In this document: piece after piece, positions 42,207 to 52,364 of the stretch
Numbering within the stretch: the first letter of the stretch is position 1
How the letters are laid out: each line of letters opens with the position of its first letter
Assembly: GCA_965249275.1 (NCBI GenBank)
Contig: CBDFLQ010000005.1
Location: forward strand, 416,001 to 480,000
Source of the DNA: Dehalococcoidia bacterium
Lineage (GTDB): Bacteria; Chloroflexota; Dehalococcoidia; Plut-88900
Length of the DNA stretch: 64,000 nucleotides
Direction of reading: 5' to 3'
Translations under genes and position numbers: made by a program
Notes under the pieces: generated by a model
What the model saw: the letters and a program-made list of their open reading frames with translations, nothing else
Databases searched by the model: none
What the model was told of the DNA's origin: nothing

Positions 42207-43580
42207 ATGCCAGACCCCAACGAAAACGCCCCCCAGAGATGTGATCTGCTTATCCGCGGTGGCTATGTCATCACCATGGACGCCGACAACTCCAAGCATC
42301 CCGTCGGCGCCATCGCCATCCGTGGCCGCGAGATCGTAGCCGTGGGCCCCGAGGCCGAAGTCGTCTCCAAATACAGACCCTTGCGCACCCTCGATGTTAA
42401 GGGTGGGCCGGTACATCCCGGCTACATAGACCTTCACTACCACGTCTCGGGGCACCTGCCCAGCAAGCTGCTGGAGGACGGCGTCGCCTCCTCCGCGGGC
42501 GCCGGGCAGTGGATTGCCAGCCGCTATCAGCGCTTCTTCAACGCCCTGGGAGACGAGGAGGAGTACGCCAGCGCCATGCTCGCCGGCCTGGATATGCTGC
42601 GCAACGGGTTCACCTCTTTCGTGGAGCCCGGTACCGTCCACAGCACTGACGCCGTCGCCGAGGCCTGCAACGCCCTCGGCATCAGGGCCTGGGTTGGGGA
42701 CCCGTGGCTCTGGGACGTCGGCGGCGAAGGGCACATGGTCATAGACCGCGCCCCCTTCGACACCAAGAGGTCGCTGTCGCTACTCGGTGGTGAGCTAAAG
42801 CGCAACAGCGACCCCGACACCCTGGTTAGGGGCCACGTCGCCGTCTACGGCAGCGGCACCCAGACCGACGAGCTAATGGAGGCCGGCAAAGCCTGCGCTG
42901 ACGATAACGACGTCACCTTCAACTCCCATCAGTCCATGTCCGAGGGAGACTCCGAACGGAGTGGTCGGCACGCCTACCTCCACTGGGCCGAGAAGGGCAT
43001 CCTGGACTCCAAATGCCTGTTCGTTCACAGCAACGTCATCCGTGATCCCGAAATGCAACCCATCCTGGACTCCGGGCTAACCATCGCATGGGTCCCGGGC
43101 AACTCCTTCTACTATGGTGTACGCAAGAGTATCCCCAACCGCATCCCGGAGCTCTACCACCGGGGCCTCAACGTCGGGTTCGGGATGGACGTAAACAAAA
43201 CCTGGGTATTCGGGCAAAACACCCTGCTCGCCTACAACATCGCCCGTGAAGAGCGACAGGTCCTCTATCCAGACGACCTGCTGAAGATACAGACCATAAA
43301 CGGGGCCCGGGCCCTGAAGGCCGAAACCATGGTCGGCAGCATCGAGCCCGGCAAGAAGGCCGACATCGTCATCCGCTCCCTCTCCGATCCCTGGAACTTC
43401 CCCGTCCACCACATCGAGCGGGACATCACCCTCTACAGCCTCACCCGGAACGTTGACACCGTCTTGGTCGACGGCCGCATAGTGATAAAGAATGGCCGCC
43501 ACACCATGATCGACGAAGAGGTTGTCTACCAGCAGGCCCAGAACGCTGCGGAGACTCTGCTGGCAGCGGGATCTCCGTAG
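42207..43580 (+). CDS. Amidohydrolase (MTA/SAH-deaminase-like)
   Basis: PGYIDLHYH, NSH, FVH, FGMD, TINGARAL, GKKAD. Confidence 0.85.
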   Translation: MPDPNENAPQRCDLLIRGGYVITMDADNSKHPVGAIAIRGREIVAVGPEAEVVSKYRPLRTLDVKGGPVHPGYIDLHYHVSGHLPSKLLEDGVASSAGAGQWIASRYQRFFNALGDEEEYASAMLAGLDMLRNGFTSFVEPGTVHSTDAVAEACNALGIRAWVGDPWLWDVGGEGHMVIDRAPFDTKRSLSLLGGELKRNSDPDTLVRGHVAVYGSGTQTDELMEAGKACADDNDVTFNSHQSMSEGDSERSGRHAYLHWAEKGILDSKCLFVHSNVIRDPEMQPILDSGLTIAWVPGNSFYYGVRKSIPNRIPELYHRGLNVGFGMDVNKTWVFGQNTLLAYNIAREERQVLYPDDLLKIQTINGARALKAETMVGSIEPGKKADIVIRSLSDPWNFPVHHIERDITLYSLTRNVDTVLVDGRIVIKNGRHTMIDEEVVYQQAQNAAETLLAAGSP

Positions 43581-43625
43581 GGGACGACTCGGGCTGACTT
43601 CCATTCGAATTCCTGCGGGGAAGAG

Positions 43626-43679
43626 CCGCTCGTGCTGTCGAAGACCTGCCGCGGCGGCGGCATGTCGAAGCATGAGCGG
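43626..43679. repeat. REP-like family B (CCGCTCGTGCTG...TCGAAGCATGAGCGG) with nested insert
   Basis: Homologous to 59473-59526; CCGCTC/GAGCGG terminal stem. Confidence 0.7.
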
Positions 43680-43842
43680 GGTGTGGGACGAGTGTCTTCT
43701 TCCCCACTACCCTGAGGGCGCGTCGTGATATGATAGGTCAGTTCTGAATGTAGCAGTAACGACGCCTGCCGCTCACTGACCGACTATTGAACTTCTTTCA
43801 AAGTGCAGTTAAGGTGTCCACACCTTTCAGGAGGAGGGTATT

Positions 43843-44202
43843 ATGACAACTAAAGTCATTACGCGGCCATACCTTACATTAGGTCATCACGAGTCATTGG
43901 ATATATGTGTTGCTCGGTTCGAAGAACTTGGGCTTACCGCTTACGGCAAAACAGGGGACGAGGCGTACGAGAACCTTAGATCCCTTTACAGCCGCTTCAT
44001 TAAGCTTGCTCTAGTCAACGACACACTCAAAGCACAGCTTGACCACTCCGGAGTGGAGTGGTCAATACAGGAACTTGACGAATCCGTTGCCCCAGAGAAA
44101 GAGCAAGCGCTATCAGAGTACCTTCGTCAATTACTGGAAGGCTTAGGGGAAGGTGACGTGGCATCAGAGCCCACCCGTGAAAAGGTTGAGATGGTGTCCT
44201 AA
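43843..44202 (+). CDS. HicB-like protein (putative antitoxin)
   Basis: VARFEELGLTAYGKTGDEAYENL matches the HicB G.T.EEA..NL motif; strong GGAGG RBS. Confidence 0.55.
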   Translation: MTTKVITRPYLTLGHHESLDICVARFEELGLTAYGKTGDEAYENLRSLYSRFIKLALVNDTLKAQLDHSGVEWSIQELDESVAPEKEQALSEYLRQLLEGLGEGDVASEPTREKVEMVS

Positions 44203-44204
44203 GG

Positions 44205-44498
44205 ATGTTTATCCCGTACGCGCTCTTGGTTCATTACCTGACCGAACATGGCTGGCAACAAGACAAGAAAGACCCTAGCCTCTTTACAGACAACCGCGGA
44301 TGGATATTTGGTTTTGATTCTTATGAAGGACTGATATCAATACGCCATGCCCTGGAAACTATTGCAGTATGGAGTCCAAAACGCGCTCATGAGGCGGGGC
44401 GGTGGCTCTTGGCTTTTGCGGAGGATGAGGTAAAGGGCATTTTGGAGCCCTATGATTCTTCTTACGAACTTCCCGACTCCGCCTCTGATACTCACTAG
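44205..44498 (+). CDS. Hypothetical protein, possibly a divergent HicA-like partner
   Basis: Starts 2 nt after the previous stop; N-terminus LLVHYLTEHGW. Confidence 0.45.
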   Translation: MFIPYALLVHYLTEHGWQQDKKDPSLFTDNRGWIFGFDSYEGLISIRHALETIAVWSPKRAHEAGRWLLAFAEDEVKGILEPYDSSYELPDSASDTH

Positions 44499-44625
44499 CG
44501 CATAAATCACTACAGCTTGATAAGAGGTTAGTGGGCGGCGACTAACACTCACGGAATACAATATAAGTGCTATCGGTGTGGTGATTTGCCATAGCACCTT
44601 GATCTAATGGGGTGGGGCGGAGGCC

Positions 44626-45714
44626 CTACCCATCCCTGAACCTCGGCAGGACCTTGTTGCCGAACATGTCCAGGGCGCGCATCGTGTCATCGTGGCTCGT
44701 CTCTCCTGCCTGGATCATCAGCAATAGTTGGTCAACTCCGAGCCCCATCCACTTCTCGACTCCCCGGCACGTCGAGTCCAGGTCCCCGCCTATCACGATC
44801 CCGTCCTCGATTAGCTGGTCGTTGTTCCGGTTCAGCACCGACTCAAGCACCCCTTGCCTCTTGCCACCCGCGGCCTCCTCGTAGTACTTGCCCCCGTGGC
44901 TGCCGAAGCGGAGCTTCTGGAGCGGTACGTCGTTGTCGCCGAAGTACCACCTGGCCGCAGCACACGCCTTGTCCCTGCCCACCGCGTAGTCCCCGGCCAC
45001 GTTGCTGATGGCAAAGGCTGCGATCTTGTGGTTGGCATACCCTCCGACGGGCTCGCACTCGGGCATCGCGTCCTGGTAGGCCCTGATCGCCGGTATCATC
45101 TTCTCCGGCTCTATGGCGCTGAACCCCAGGATCCCAAGCCCCATCCGCGCCGCCTTGGCGAACGTCGCCGGCTGGGTAGCTGCCAGCCACATTGGGGGGT
45201 GGGGCTTCTGCACGGGCTTGGGCACAAGATCCCGCTGTGGCAGATCGTAGTGCGCGCCCTTCCAACCGGGGAACGGGTCGTCGACGAACATAGAAGCTAT
45301 GATCTGGATCGACTCGTCCCACAGCTCCTTTGCACCCTCGGCATCGTAGCCAAAGGCCTCGGAGTGGTAGATCGAGGCTCCACGCCCAGTACCCAATTCG
45401 ACACGCCCACCCGACAGGACATCGAGCGTCGATACGTACTCCACCACTCGGAACGGGTGATTGCACGGCAGCACCACCACCCCAAGCCCCAGCCGAATCT
45501 TCGACGTGTGCTGGGCCAGGGCCGCCAAGAACAACTCGGGCGCCGAGCTGTGGCCTATCTCCGGGTAGAAGTGGTGCTCCGTCTGCCAGTAGTACTCGAA
45601 CCCCACCTCCTCCGCCAGCACCGCCTCTGCCATAGCGTCCTTGTACAGCTGAACCTCGGCGTTCTCGGGCCACGGTTTGGGCATCTGAAGCTGATTAAAA
45701 TAGCCGAATTTCAT
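44626..45714 (-). CDS. LLM-class flavin-dependent oxidoreductase
   Basis: MKFGYF, WQTEHHF, LDVLSGGRVELGTGRG, PKPVQKPHPPMW. Confidence 0.92.
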   Translation of the reverse strand: MKFGYFNQLQMPKPWPENAEVQLYKDAMAEAVLAEEVGFEYYWQTEHHFYPEIGHSSAPELFLAALAQHTSKIRLGLGVVVLPCNHPFRVVEYVSTLDVLSGGRVELGTGRGASIYHSEAFGYDAEGAKELWDESIQIIASMFVDDPFPGWKGAHYDLPQRDLVPKPVQKPHPPMWLAATQPATFAKAARMGLGILGFSAIEPEKMIPAIRAYQDAMPECEPVGGYANHKIAAFAISNVAGDYAVGRDKACAAARWYFGDNDVPLQKLRFGSHGGKYYEEAAGGKRQGVLESVLNRNNDQLIEDGIVIGGDLDSTCRGVEKWMGLGVDQLLLMIQAGETSHDDTMRALDMFGNKVLPRFRDG

Positions 45715-45791
45715 GCCAATATCTCGCCTTCTATTCCCTCATTCTATAGTACCTTTACACAACCCTAGTGCCAGAGAGTGGAGAGTTCCCG

Positions 45792-45852
45792 CCCTCGCTC
45801 CCTTGATGGGTCCTAGATGGGCTTCAGGCGTGAGAGGGTTAGGGTGCGGGTG
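45792..45852. repeat. REP-like family A with nested 22-nt insert
   Basis: CCCTCGCTCCCTTGATGGG[tcctagatgggcttcaggcgtg]AGAGGGTTAGGGTGCGGGTG. Confidence 0.65.
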
Positions 45853-45969
45853 TTCCTAGGATGCCGTGAGCATAACACACGGGTCGGCGATGATGTCCTT
45901 TACTGACTGTTCTTCCATTATGGGCATGCTTTCATTATCGGCGTACTCACATCTCAAAAGGAGGCATAC

Positions 45970-46293
45970 GTGCGAGTAAAATGGCTCCTGTTAGTTATGG
46001 GCCTCGCTGTATTGCTCACAGGGTGTTCCCAACTATCAATAAAGAGTATCTCGGAGATTCAGTGCGAGGATCTCATCCCAGAAATCATCTCCTTAAGCGA
46101 GAGTTCCGATAACCAAACGGCACCGACGATCCTCAAGGTATATGATTCCCAAGAGGTCGGTCGCAGCACAGATCGATTGGATTGTGAGGGAGATGCCAGA
46201 CTATCCACGGGAGATTGGCGGATAAGCTTTCACTTAGAAGAAGATAGGGATGGCGATAGGTTCGTCGGGTACCAAGTGAAACTATTCAACTGA
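45970..46293 (+). CDS. Hypothetical lipoprotein
   Basis: AAGGAGG RBS, signal peptide with lipobox LLTGC, two further Cys; AT-richer than flanks. Confidence 0.7.
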   Translation: MRVKWLLLVMGLAVLLTGCSQLSIKSISEIQCEDLIPEIISLSESSDNQTAPTILKVYDSQEVGRSTDRLDCEGDARLSTGDWRISFHLEEDRDGDRFVGYQVKLFN

Positions 46294-46464
46294 TTGATTC
46301 CACCGTCTGGGCGCAGGCTCAAAAGGATAGTCTACCCATCTTTTGCGAAGCTGCCAACGCCGATTGTTGAGAGCCAGATGTGGCGCAAACCGGGTCTCCA
46401 GTTCTTAGAAAACTCGATGGCTAAGTCTTTCCACTGCATTATGAAACACACCATCTAGCTGCCC

Positions 46465-48846
46465 CTACCCTCTTAACGCCGCCCCGGTCTCCCGACCCAG
46501 CTTCTCCAATAGCTGCGCCTGCACCATGTTCACTTCATGCTCCCCCAACGTCCTGCTCGGCGACTGGTACAGCACCCGGAACGCCAGCGATTTCTTATCC
46601 TCCGCTACCTGGTCCCCCGTGTACACGTCGAACAGCTCTACCGAGGTTACCAGCGGGAACGACTCGATCACATCCTGCACCGCCGTCGAAGGTGTATCCG
46701 CGTCGACGATCAGGGCCAGGTCTCTAAGCGCACCGGGGTACCGGGACACGGGCCTGTATCTCTTGGTTGCAGGGAGATGTGCCAGGAGCCGGGCCATGTC
46801 CACCTCGAACACGTGCACCGACGCCCCCTCTATGTCGAACGCCTCTACCACCTGTGGATGCACCTCCCCCAACACCGCCAACCGCTCCCCTCGCGCCGAT
46901 ATCTGCACGACGCGTCCCGGATGCAGTCCTTCACCTTCGTCCCTTTCGAACTGCGCCTCCACCCCCAGCCGGCCGAGCATCATCTCCAGCACTCCCTTTG
47001 CTCGGAGGAACCCGTCCATCGGGTCGTCCGGGTCGCCGGTCACGACTCCCGTCAGCACTTCCTGCTCTTCCGGCAGGTCCCTATTCCTTGGGATGTACAC
47101 CTTGCCCGCCTCGAACATGAGCAGGGGCCCGTGGTGGTACTTCTTGTTGTGCTCCACGTTGGCCAGTAGCCCCGGCCTCAGGCTGAGACGCAGGTACTCC
47201 TGCTCGACACGGAGCGGGTTTGCCACCCTCAACGGCTTCATCTGCGCCAGGTGAGTGAGGCCCGCGTTCTCCAGCCCCTTCACGTCCGACAGCGAGTAGT
47301 TCACCACCTCTTGCATACCGGAACCGGCCAGCAAGTCCTTCACCCGATCCCTTAAGCTCCGGGCATCGTCGGGTTCGTTTGGCGGGATCCGGCCCGACAG
47401 CGGCGTGGTGGGAATGTCGTCGTAGCCACGGATTCGGGCCACCTCTTCCACCAGGTCGTCCTCGATGCCTATGTCGGTGCGCCAATAAGGCGCGTCGACC
47501 TTCAACGTCCCCTCTCCCGCGTCCTCGCACCCGAATCCCAGAGATTCCAGAACCCCGCGCACCGTCTCTAGCCCAATCGGGATGCCGAGGACCTGCTTAA
47601 TCCGCGCCTCGGTGATGTGAAGTGAGGCACTCTCCTTCTCCCCGGGGTAGACATCGATGATCCCCTCGGCGACCGTGCCTCCGGCCAACTCGGCCAGCAA
47701 TTGCGTTGCCCGGCGCAGGCCCCTTGGAGGCAGTTCGGGGCTCAGGCCCTTGTCGAACCGCAGCGACGCTTCGCTCCGCAGTCTCAGCCGCGTCGACGTT
47801 CGCCTGATATTTACGTTGTCGAAGTTGGCCGACTCCAAGAGCAACGCCGTCGTGCCTTCCGTGACCTCGCTGTCTCCCCCACCCATCACCCCCGCCAAGC
47901 CGATGGGGCCATCCGGGTCAGAAATGACCTGCATTTCCGGGTCCAGGGTACGTAGCTCACCATCCAGGGTCAGGAGCCGCTCCCCGGCCCTCGCCCGCCT
48001 CACAATTATCTTGTGGTCTTTGATCTTGTCGTAGTCGAAGGCGTGAAGGGGTTGGCCGTACTCCATCATCACGTAGTTCGTGATGTCGACCACGTTGTTG
48101 ATTGGCCTCATGCCACATGCCTTCAGCCGTTCCTGCATCCACACCGACGAAGGCCCGACCTTCAGTCCCGTAACAATACTGGCCGTGTAACGGGAGCACA
48201 GGTCCGGGTCTGCTATCTCCACCGACGCCAGGTCAACCGCCGCCCTTGCTTCCTCCTCATAGGTCACATTCGGCGGCGTAATCTGCTCGCCGGTAAGGGC
48301 CGCCACTTCCTGCGCAACCCCGAGCATCGACAGGCAGTCAGGCCGGTTCGGGGTGAGTTCAAGTTCCAGGATGCTGTCACCGAGATAGTCGAAGAGCGGC
48401 ATCCCAGGCGGTGCGTTCTCCGGCAAGACGAGGATGCCCTCGTGCTCCTCGGACATCCCAAGCTCTTTCTCGGAGCAGATCATGCCGTTGGAGACTACGC
48501 CCCGGATCTTCGCCGCCTTCAGCTTGACCGACTTCCCCGAATGGCCGTCGAACAACTGCGCCCCGACCTTGGCAAATGCGATGTTCTGGCCCGCGGCCAC
48601 GTTGGGGGCGCCGCAGACCACCTCATGGGTCTCGCCGGGCAGGTCGACGGTGCACAGGCTAAGCCGGTCGGCGTTCGGGTGCTTATTAACCTCGCACACC
48701 TTCCCGACACACACCCCTTCCCACGCCTCCCCCACCTCCTCCACACTCCCAACCTCCAGACCTGCCATCGTCAGCTTATGGGCCAATTCCTTCGGCTCTA
48801 GGGACACGGGCACATAGTCCCTGAGCCATTTGAGAGATACTTTCAT
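46465..48846 (-). CDS. pheT: Phenylalanyl-tRNA synthetase beta subunit
   Basis: HPNADRL, VCGAPN, TPNRPDCLS, INNVVDITNY, GQPLHAFD, DLVEEVARI, FDX-ACB domain FDVY. Confidence 0.98.
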   Translation of the reverse strand: MKVSLKWLRDYVPVSLEPKELAHKLTMAGLEVGSVEEVGEAWEGVCVGKVCEVNKHPNADRLSLCTVDLPGETHEVVCGAPNVAAGQNIAFAKVGAQLFDGHSGKSVKLKAAKIRGVVSNGMICSEKELGMSEEHEGILVLPENAPPGMPLFDYLGDSILELELTPNRPDCLSMLGVAQEVAALTGEQITPPNVTYEEEARAAVDLASVEIADPDLCSRYTASIVTGLKVGPSSVWMQERLKACGMRPINNVVDITNYVMMEYGQPLHAFDYDKIKDHKIIVRRARAGERLLTLDGELRTLDPEMQVISDPDGPIGLAGVMGGGDSEVTEGTTALLLESANFDNVNIRRTSTRLRLRSEASLRFDKGLSPELPPRGLRRATQLLAELAGGTVAEGIIDVYPGEKESASLHITEARIKQVLGIPIGLETVRGVLESLGFGCEDAGEGTLKVDAPYWRTDIGIEDDLVEEVARIRGYDDIPTTPLSGRIPPNEPDDARSLRDRVKDLLAGSGMQEVVNYSLSDVKGLENAGLTHLAQMKPLRVANPLRVEQEYLRLSLRPGLLANVEHNKKYHHGPLLMFEAGKVYIPRNRDLPEEQEVLTGVVTGDPDDPMDGFLRAKGVLEMMLGRLGVEAQFERDEGEGLHPGRVVQISARGERLAVLGEVHPQVVEAFDIEGASVHVFEVDMARLLAHLPATKRYRPVSRYPGALRDLALIVDADTPSTAVQDVIESFPLVTSVELFDVYTGDQVAEDKKSLAFRVLYQSPSRTLGEHEVNMVQAQLLEKLGRETGAALRG

Positions 48847-48859
48847 GGGGTGAGCGCCG

Positions 48860-50302
48860 TTAGGCTCCCAGCTCCTTCCCCGCCGCCGACTCCACCACCG
48901 TGCCCTTGAAGAAGTCTGGGTTCATATCCGCGTAGAGGTGCACCGCATTGGTGAAGGTGAAGTCCCGGAAGTCCTCGGCCGTTATCAGCTCGTCTTCCAC
49001 CATCTCGTAGGCTTCCTCCACCACTTCCCGCATGTCCGGCACATCCCAGTGCCCGATATCCGAGCTAAACACCGCCTTCAGCTTTGCTCCCATCGGGTTT
49101 ACCTTCGAGTTGAAGGCGTGGGCGTTCATGGGATCATCCGCCTCGCAGCCGTAGTAGAAGGGCTTTATGAACAGGTCCAGCATCTCCTCGGCCCGCTCCA
49201 TGGGCACGTCCGACCAGTCGTCCAGCTCCTCGGGGGCAGTTTCTCCGGCCAGGTAGTGGTCCCGTATCTCCTTAAGCCGAGCCTTCTGCGAGGGTTCGCC
49301 GTTCTCCTCAATCATGCTCATCAACGAGTCGACGTCCAGGTGCCGGGGGTCGAGCTTCATAATGTCGACGCCGTTGCGCTTTACCCAATGCCCCACCATG
49401 TCCGCATAGAGACGGCACGCCCACCCGACGCCCCCCTCCAGGAAGGCGATGTTCAGGCCCGGGAACCGCTTGGTGACGCCGCCCATGAACAGCGCCTTCG
49501 CTACGGGCTCGTGGGCCAGGGCGAAGGTGGCCATGTGGTTGTACATGTAGTTGGACGTGGAGCGGGTGCCCCAGCCCAGGTTGGCCGCATGGGAGGCGGG
49601 CGCTACGTTGAGCTCCAGGCACTTGGCCCAGAACGGGTCGTAGTCGTAGTCGCTGTCCATGCCGATCAGGTCCATGCGGGAGTTGACGTAGGCCAGGTGC
49701 TCCGGGGCGTCGGCGGCCTTGGCGAGGGGGCGCAGGGACCGACCCTCTATCATCGCCACCTTCATACCCAATTCGTTGACGGCGTATTCAAGTTCCTCTA
49801 TGGCGACTTCCGGCGTGTGCATTGGAATGGCCGCCGCCGTGGTCATTCTCTTGGAGTAGCTGCCGTATACCTCGGCGTGGTAGGCGTTCACAGCCCGGCT
49901 CCCGACCTGCCTCACCTCGGGATCGGGAATGCGGTCAAGCACCAGGCTGCGCGTCGGGTACAGGACGGCGTAGTCGATGCCGAGCTCGTCCATCCGCTCG
50001 TTGAGCAGTCTGGGCAGGGAGGCCGTGGCCCGGTCCAGGCTGTTCTCGGTGGGCATGACCCACCAAGCAGGCGCCGTGGCGAACTCGTGTCGCCGCTGCT
50101 CAGCCGACATGTTGAACCACCGCAGGTTCCACGCCTGTCGAAACGCTTCCTCGTAGCGCTTCTTGATGTCCCCTCCACCTATCTTCTCGACAAAATCCAG
50201 GAGGATGGGCCCGATCTCCAGGGTGTGGCCGTCGGAATCGATTATCGGATGCCCGAGCTTGCGCCTGATGTCCTGACTGCGTGATAGCGTTGCACTGATC
50301 AT
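48860..50302 (-). CDS. Amidohydrolase_2 paralog 1 (pheS-pheT array)
   Basis: HPIIDSDGHTLE, FLEGGVGW, GCEADDPM, FSSDIGHWDV; start at ATG 50302. Confidence 0.88.
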   Translation of the reverse strand: MISATLSRSQDIRRKLGHPIIDSDGHTLEIGPILLDFVEKIGGGDIKKRYEEAFRQAWNLRWFNMSAEQRRHEFATAPAWWVMPTENSLDRATASLPRLLNERMDELGIDYAVLYPTRSLVLDRIPDPEVRQVGSRAVNAYHAEVYGSYSKRMTTAAAIPMHTPEVAIEELEYAVNELGMKVAMIEGRSLRPLAKAADAPEHLAYVNSRMDLIGMDSDYDYDPFWAKCLELNVAPASHAANLGWGTRSTSNYMYNHMATFALAHEPVAKALFMGGVTKRFPGLNIAFLEGGVGWACRLYADMVGHWVKRNGVDIMKLDPRHLDVDSLMSMIEENGEPSQKARLKEIRDHYLAGETAPEELDDWSDVPMERAEEMLDLFIKPFYYGCEADDPMNAHAFNSKVNPMGAKLKAVFSSDIGHWDVPDMREVVEEAYEMVEDELITAEDFRDFTFTNAVHLYADMNPDFFKGTVVESAAGKELGA

Positions 50303-50330
50303 TTTTGTCTCCAATTCGGGGATCGGGTAC

Positions 50331-51788
50331 TTATCGGCCCAGCAGCTTCCTGGCTTCTGCTTCCACGGCTGTGCCGTCGAAGAACCCTGGGTTGACCTTG
50401 CCGTAGAGGTTTACGGTGTTGGTAAACATAAAGTCCCGGAAGTCCTCTTCGTTGATTAGCTCGTGCTCCACCAGCTCGTAGGCTTCCTCCACGACCTCCC
50501 GCATGTCCGGCACGTCCCAGTGCCCGATGTCCGAGCTGAATACCGCCTTCAGCTTTGCGCCCAGCGGGTTCACCTTCGAGTTGAAAGCCCAGGCGTTCAT
50601 CGGGTCGTCCGCCTCGCAACCGAAGTAGAACGGCTCCACGAACAGGTCAAGCATCTCCTCGACGTTCTCCATGGGGACGTGAGACCAGTCGTCCAACTCG
50701 GCAGGGTGGGGATCGGGGGTGGCGTACATCTCCCGGATCTCATCGATCTTCGACTGCATGATCTCCTCGCCGTACTCCCGCACGAGGTCCAGCAGCATTT
50801 CCTGGTCGAGATGCCGGGGGTCGAGCCTGCCTATGACCCGGGCATTGCGCTTCTCCCAGTGACCTATTATGTCCGAGTATAGGTTGCACGCCCAGGCGAC
50901 TCCTCCCTCAAGGAAGATGAAGTTCAGGCCCGGGAACCGCTTGGTCACCCCACCCATGAACAGTGCCTTGGCGAAGGTGTCGTGGCCGTGGGCGAAGGCG
51001 CTCAGGTGGTTGAACATGTACTTGGAAGTGGAAACCGCACCCCAGAAGAAGTCGCTGCCGTGGGATGCGGGCGTAATGCCCATCTCCTGGCACCTGGCCC
51101 AGAAGGGATCATAGTCGTACTCGCTGTCTAAGCCGATCACGTCGATGTAGCGGGCTACGTCCTCGGCTTCCGGGTGCTCCTGCAGGTGCTTGGGGATGGG
51201 CCGATTCACGCGCCCCGGCAGCATTATCGTCTTCAGCCCGAGATCGTTTACCGCGTACTCCATCTCCCGGATGGCAATCTCCGGCGTATCCATCGGTATC
51301 ACCGCCGCGGGCGTCATGCGGTGAGAATAGGGCCGGTAAAGGTCCGCCGCGCAGGCGTTCATTGCCCGGCACACGATAAGCCTCTGCTCGAAACCCTGGA
51401 TCCGGTCGAACCCGAGACCCAGCGTGGTATACAGGACCGCGTAGTCCATTCCCAGCTCGTCCATGCGCTCGTTCAGGATCTTGGGCACTGTAGCCGTGGC
51501 CCGGTCCAGTACGTTGGACGTGGGTGCAAACCACCAGGGCGTCGCCGGATGCCAGTTCTCCTTACGCTCTTCCGGCGTCATGGTGAACCAGGTCTTTCCC
51601 GCCGACCCCGTCTCCGTCGAGCCCTTCATCATCTCTTCGAACAGGTCACGGGCGTCGGCGCCGCCCTGCTCATATACGTAGTCCGAGAGCACGGGCGTAA
51701 GCTCCAGCGTGTGCCCATCCGAGTCGATTATCGGGTGGCCCACCTTGCTCCGTATCTCCTGGCTCCGGGAAGATCTCGTAATTACCAT
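50331..51788 (-). CDS. Amidohydrolase_2 paralog 2
   Basis: Same motifs as paralog 1; start re-called to MVITRSSRSQ after GGAGG. Confidence 0.88.
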   Translation of the reverse strand: MVITRSSRSQEIRSKVGHPIIDSDGHTLELTPVLSDYVYEQGGADARDLFEEMMKGSTETGSAGKTWFTMTPEERKENWHPATPWWFAPTSNVLDRATATVPKILNERMDELGMDYAVLYTTLGLGFDRIQGFEQRLIVCRAMNACAADLYRPYSHRMTPAAVIPMDTPEIAIREMEYAVNDLGLKTIMLPGRVNRPIPKHLQEHPEAEDVARYIDVIGLDSEYDYDPFWARCQEMGITPASHGSDFFWGAVSTSKYMFNHLSAFAHGHDTFAKALFMGGVTKRFPGLNFIFLEGGVAWACNLYSDIIGHWEKRNARVIGRLDPRHLDQEMLLDLVREYGEEIMQSKIDEIREMYATPDPHPAELDDWSHVPMENVEEMLDLFVEPFYFGCEADDPMNAWAFNSKVNPLGAKLKAVFSSDIGHWDVPDMREVVEEAYELVEHELINEEDFRDFMFTNTVNLYGKVNPGFFDGTAVEAEARKLLGR

Positions 51789-51872
51789 TGTCCGTTCCTC
51801 CGCTCTCCATCTGTTCGCCGCGCTATGAGAATAACCTATATATTCCAAAATAGGGCATGGGCGCTTAATGGA

Positions 51873-52364
51873 TTAGTCATCCCAGGAAGCACCTAACTGC
51901 CGGATCATATCGTAGGTATTGATACATTTAACGGAATACTGATCACACACGTTGGGGATCTTTACCTGCTGAGAGCTTGGCCGGACACGCGACTCTAAGG
52001 TAACTACTACACCTCGCTCAGCAATCGCGTGAGCTATGACCCACGGATCGGCCCGACGCAAAAACCTGCGCCTAGCCTGGTTGTCGGGATAGCTCCGCAC
52101 CACATAACTTACCACCCCCCTGACCTCCTTTTGAACAGCTATGCTGGGGTCAACGAACATCCCTGAATTCTTACGCTCCTTGGCCCAATTCACTATCTCA
52201 TCCTGCCCATCCAACAACTCTTGGTAAACTTGAATGGGACATGCGACTTGGCCACCTTCAACAAGTTCATCGATCATTGTCCAGAACCGAGGTGCAATGT
52301 CGAAATCATATGGTCCCTTCTTTCCCTCAATGAAGACATTGCTGTCCAACCAAAAGTTAGTCAA
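51873..52364 (-). CDS. DUF4411 PIN-like protein
   Basis: LDSNVFIE, FW, V.QEL, ADPWVIAHA, VVT.E, KIPNVC. Confidence 0.85.
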   Translation of the reverse strand: MTNFWLDSNVFIEGKKGPYDFDIAPRFWTMIDELVEGGQVACPIQVYQELLDGQDEIVNWAKERKNSGMFVDPSIAVQKEVRGVVSYVVRSYPDNQARRRFLRRADPWVIAHAIAERGVVVTLESRVRPSSQQVKIPNVCDQYSVKCINTYDMIRQLGASWDD

